From: the human T2T-CHM13v2.0 reference genome, Homo sapiens
Reading direction: 5' to 3' (one strand)
NCBI RefSeq assembly: GCF_009914755.1
Contig: NC_060943.1
DNA length: 64,000 nt
A model generated the notes under the pieces. That model was not told the DNA's origin. It did no database searches and saw only the letters and a list, made by a program, of their open reading frames with translations. The translations under genes and the position numbers were made by a program. Below, piece after piece: positions 59,787 to 64,000 of this stretch (position 1 is its first letter; each line of letters opens with the position of its first letter).

Positions 59787-60174
59787 GAGGTGCAGCAAAC
59801 CACCATGGCACATATACCTATGTAACAAACCTGCATGTTCAGCACATGTATCCCACAACTTAAAGTAAAATAAAGAATAATTATTATTATTATAATAAAT
59901 GTCATAACATTTTAGAGGGGGAAAGAAAATTAGAGATTATCTTATACAACTTGGTTATTTTACAAATGACAAAGCTGTGTTTCTAATTCTTTAACTTGTG
60001 AATAAATGTGATGAATAAATGTGGAAAAAAAGGAATATAGGCCTGACTGTGACATTTACAGGGTTCAGGGCAAGAATACAAATGGAGGCCTACCTACCAT
60101 ATGCCTTGATATTTAAGTGTACAAAGCAAGCTAATAACATGTAAAATAAAATATGTTCTACCCTTATAAAAAAA
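59787..60174 (+). mobile_element. Short L1PA 3' end plus ~290-bp 3'-transduced sequence
   Basis: 16-nt TSD gaaaatatgcaaagat at 59771-59786 and 60175-60190; AATAAA 60145-60150 then an A7 tract. Confidence 0.8.
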
Positions 60175-61146
60175 GAAAATATGCAAAGATATTCCATGAT
60201 ATTTACAAAAAAAAATACAAATTAAAACTACATTTAGTTACCATTTCTTACCATTAGATTGGGAAAACTTTAAAAACATCAAAATACCACATTCTGTTAG
60301 CTAGTGTCAAGGCAAGACATTCCTCATACATTGCTTCTGGAAATGAAAAATAGTATAAAATATAAAGGCAATTTGACAATATGCAACAAAATACACTTCT
60401 ATTCCCATTTTGGCCCTGAAATCCTACTTTTTGAAATGTACCCTTAACATATATCATCAACAGGGAGAAAATATATATGTATGAGTTTATGTATCATGGC
60501 ATTGTTTGTAGTAATAAAATATTGGAAACCACTGAAATGCCCATGAATGGGTGCAGTATTGAATAAAGCACACAATGGAGTTTGTGGAGTTGTGAAAAGC
60601 ATGTACTCTATATGAAGTTTTTTTCCAGGATATATTGTTGAGTGACCATAGAAGGTTTAGATGAATGCTACCTTTTGTTTAAGTAAACAGCGAAAATAAG
60701 AAATCTACATGTTTTCTGTAAAAACTGGTAATGATAAACCAGAAAATAATGAAATTGGTTACACATGGGTATTAGGAGTCAACACTGTGGAAGTGGTGCG
60801 GTGGAGAGGAGGGGAGTGAGTGGCACTTTTCTGAGAATAACATTTTGTATAGTATAGACTTATGGGAATATGTTATTGATTGACATACTCAATAATATAA
60901 AATCAAGAATGGAGATAAACCAGGAAACTTAAAATCAAAGAATAACAGACTAACCTAAATGCATTCAAATCAATAACACAGACTAAAGATGAAAGCAAGA
61001 AGTCATTTAAGTACCATATTAAACACAGTACAGTATTTTGAGTATATGTCCTCAGCATAAAGACAAAAAGAACTGTAATGATGTTGAACTCTAGTTAGCT
61101 GAGTTATTTTTACAATAATATGACTTAGTAATTATGAAACTACCTG

Positions 61147-62290
61147 ATGCAATGGTTTAAATGTTTGTGGACCACTAAAATTCACATGTTTAATTCCTTA
61201 CCCCCAATAAGATGGTTTTAGGAGGTAGAGCCTTTGGAGGGTGATTAGATTATGAGGGCAGAACTCTTATTAATGGGATGAGTCCCTTTGTAAAAGAGAC
61301 CTGAGGAAACTTGTTCATCACTTCCACCATTTGAGGACATTGCAACAAGGTGCCACCTATGAACCAGAAAGCAGCCCCACTTCAGACATAAAATCTCCCA
61401 GTGCCTTGATTGTGAGGAATAAGTTTCTGTTGCTTATAAGCCAGCTAGCCCATGGTTTTTTGTGACTAAGAATATTGGTATTGAGAAGTGGGATTGCTGT
61501 TGTAACAAATATCTAAAAATGTGGAAGTATCTTTGTGACTGTATAATGGGTAGAGGCTGGGAGACTTCTGAAATGCATGCTAGGAAAAACCTACATTGTC
61601 ATGATTGGACTGTTAAAGACAATTCTGGTTAGGGCTCAGAAGGACAGAATGAGAGCTAGAGAAAGCATCAGTCTTCTTAGAGTAAACCTATGTGGTCACG
61701 ATCAGAATGTTGATAGAAATATGGACAGTAAAGGCCATTATGATGAGACCTCAGTCAGAAATGTGGAACATGTTACTGGAAACTGAAGAAAGCGGGGTTC
61801 TTGTTATAAAGGGGTAAATAATTTGGCTGAATTATATTCAGGTCCTAGTGTTTTTTGGTAGGTAGAACTTGTGAGCAATGTAATTGAATATTTAGCTGAC
61901 ACTATTTCTTAACAATGTGTTGAAGTTGCATCTTGAATAATCTTGACTACCTATAGTAAAATGTAGAAAGTGAGAAGTGACTGAAAGCCGGAATTACTAA
62001 TTAAAAGGTAAAGAGAACTAAATACTTTTAAAATTTGCAGCTTATCTACTTTGGAAAACATGCAAAACCCTGTCCTGGAGAAAACAAGGGTGTGGCTGAA
62101 CAACTGATTTATGAGATTAGTATGGATTGACCATGTCGACTCAAACCAGGACCTATTGTCCAAGACAATGGAAGAATGACCCCAGAAGTATTTCACAGAT
62201 CTTGGAGGCTGCTCCTCCCATCAGAGGCCCAGAGCACAGGGACGTGGGCAACAGCAGGGGCCTTTGATGCCAGGTGCCGCCTAACATCTC
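61147..62290 (+). mobile_element. MaLR (MLT1A/MST-like) LTR plus internal sequence
   Basis: tgcaatggtttaaatgtttgtg start, aataagtttctgttgcttataagcca, then MaLR-int-like gaatattggtattgagaagtggg. Confidence 0.7.
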
Positions 62291-62394
62291 AGGCTCAGCT
62301 CCTTGCATACACTACCACTGAGAGTATCAATAAATTTTATCTTTTGTGAATGCAGAGTAGAGTAAGGATACAGCTGTAATTGGTATAGGAATAG

Positions 62395-62783
<389 letters not shown>

Positions 62784-63364
62784 TGTGAACAGTCTTTTTT
62801 TAATTTATTTTTATTTTTTTTTACTTTAGGAAAATGGATAAAGGACATTAGACTCTTTTTAAAAAGAAAAATATAGGTCGACAGGTCAATGTATGTTTAT
62901 TTGGGAGGACAAAAAATATGGTTTATCTTCAAAAGAGAATTTTAGATGAATTGTTTCCTGATTTAGCTTTATACTATTATTAATGTCTTTCAACTAACAT
63001 ATGCCAGTTTTCAAATTGTTTCCTATAATGAAGATATTTTAACCAAGAAATGGAAAGGAAGAAACTCTTAATAATAAATCATGCTCCGTCACCTATAGAA
63101 TCTTCTCCAGTTTTATGGCATTGAATCAGACATTGGGTGTCAGATTGATACCAATGCCAAGCTCTTCAACAGTTATACTTGCTTTAAGATACTTAGCAAT
63201 TCACTAACTTCTCTGAAATTTAGCGTTTCTACATCTAAAGTAGAAATATTACTACCATGAGAATGTTAAATGTAGCTTTTCCATGAGGAGACAGCTTCTC
63301 CATTGGTGGCTGGAATTTTGTTTTTCCTGTCAAACCAGTGGTACCACAGCATCTGGACTAGGGC

Positions 63365-63936
63365 TGTAACTGAGAACCACCATTTTTCTAAGAGACAGCT
63401 TATTTATTTCTCTCTCTTTTCTCATTCCCTTAGTTCCCCACTTCCTATGTAGCCCTTTAAAAATGCAAATATAGACTTTTACCTCCCCTTCACCAGACAC
63501 TTCCTACAGGGAAAGTTCATCTAACTGTGTGCTCCAAGCCAGAACTCTCCTCCAGAATTAACAGTCAATTTACAAACTAAAGCATGCTGGCCTCTGAACT
63601 CTCACTCACCAGGAGGTTGCCTGAAGAGACAACAGTTGAAAGCGTGCCTGCTACTCTCTCCCTTCTGGTTACAACTTATTTCTGCCCATGAAAAAGCCAG
63701 CTCAACTGCCTAATAGATAAGGCACCAAGCCAGCACACAGACCCCTTCCCTCTTCCTCCCCTACCTTTTAAAAGTGCCTGCTTTCTGCTCTAAAAGCCAA
63801 GCCGTGCACTTAAAGACAACACCTGTGCTACTTCCCCTACGCTAGCTCTAGAATAAATCACTTTCTTTATACCAGATCTCCCTCTTGTTAACTGGACGTT
63901 GCAAACGGGAAGCCACTGATCTACTTTTCAGTTACA
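63365..63936 (+). mobile_element. ERV1-like solo LTR
   Basis: Terminal inverted repeats TGTAACTGA...TCAGTTACA, AATAAA near 63852, (g)gggc TSD, empty site near 15297. Confidence 0.85.
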
Positions 63937-64000
63937 GGGGCTGATGCTTTCCTGGCTTCTCATTGCCCCTCCCAACCCATTCTACCTGGCTCATTCTTTA

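Overview
Primate genomic DNA, almost certainly human chr19q13.31, from a tandem KRAB C2H2 zinc-finger cluster. Three + strand paralogs can be assembled exon by exon. ZNF155 (exon 1 lies left of the window) has CDS 1452-1466, 4456-4582, 4750-4842, 9000-10381 and encodes 538 aa. ZNF230 has a CpG promoter at ~15.5-16.6 kb and CDS 19995-20009, 21706-21832, 22000-22086, 23184-24379, encoding 474 aa. ZNF222 has a promoter at ~38.1-38.9 kb and CDS 38345-38386 or 38980-38994, then 39927-40053, 40302-40394, 44721-45934, encoding 491 aa. The window ends in a paralogous promoter-upstream block, probably that of the next gene (ZNF223). The rest is Alu, L1, ERV/LTR and DNA-transposon debris in duplicated blocks. 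Gene names and repeat family names are recognised from memory, not searched. Main unexplained structures: (1) an old antisense L1 inserted inside a zinc finger supplies the conserved hydrophobic C-terminus and stop codon of all three proteins, and the severed fingers decay behind it; (2) ZNF222 lost its ATG exon in a deletion whose junction carries a 174-bp inverted copy of its own promoter-upstream DNA, and can regain in-frame starts from a former uORF and a new 15-nt coding exon; (3) an L1 3' transduction; (4) a tailless tRNA-Met 5'-half retrocopy; (5) a chimeric finger; (6) a MADE1 hairpin next to the ZNF222 KRAB-B exon.
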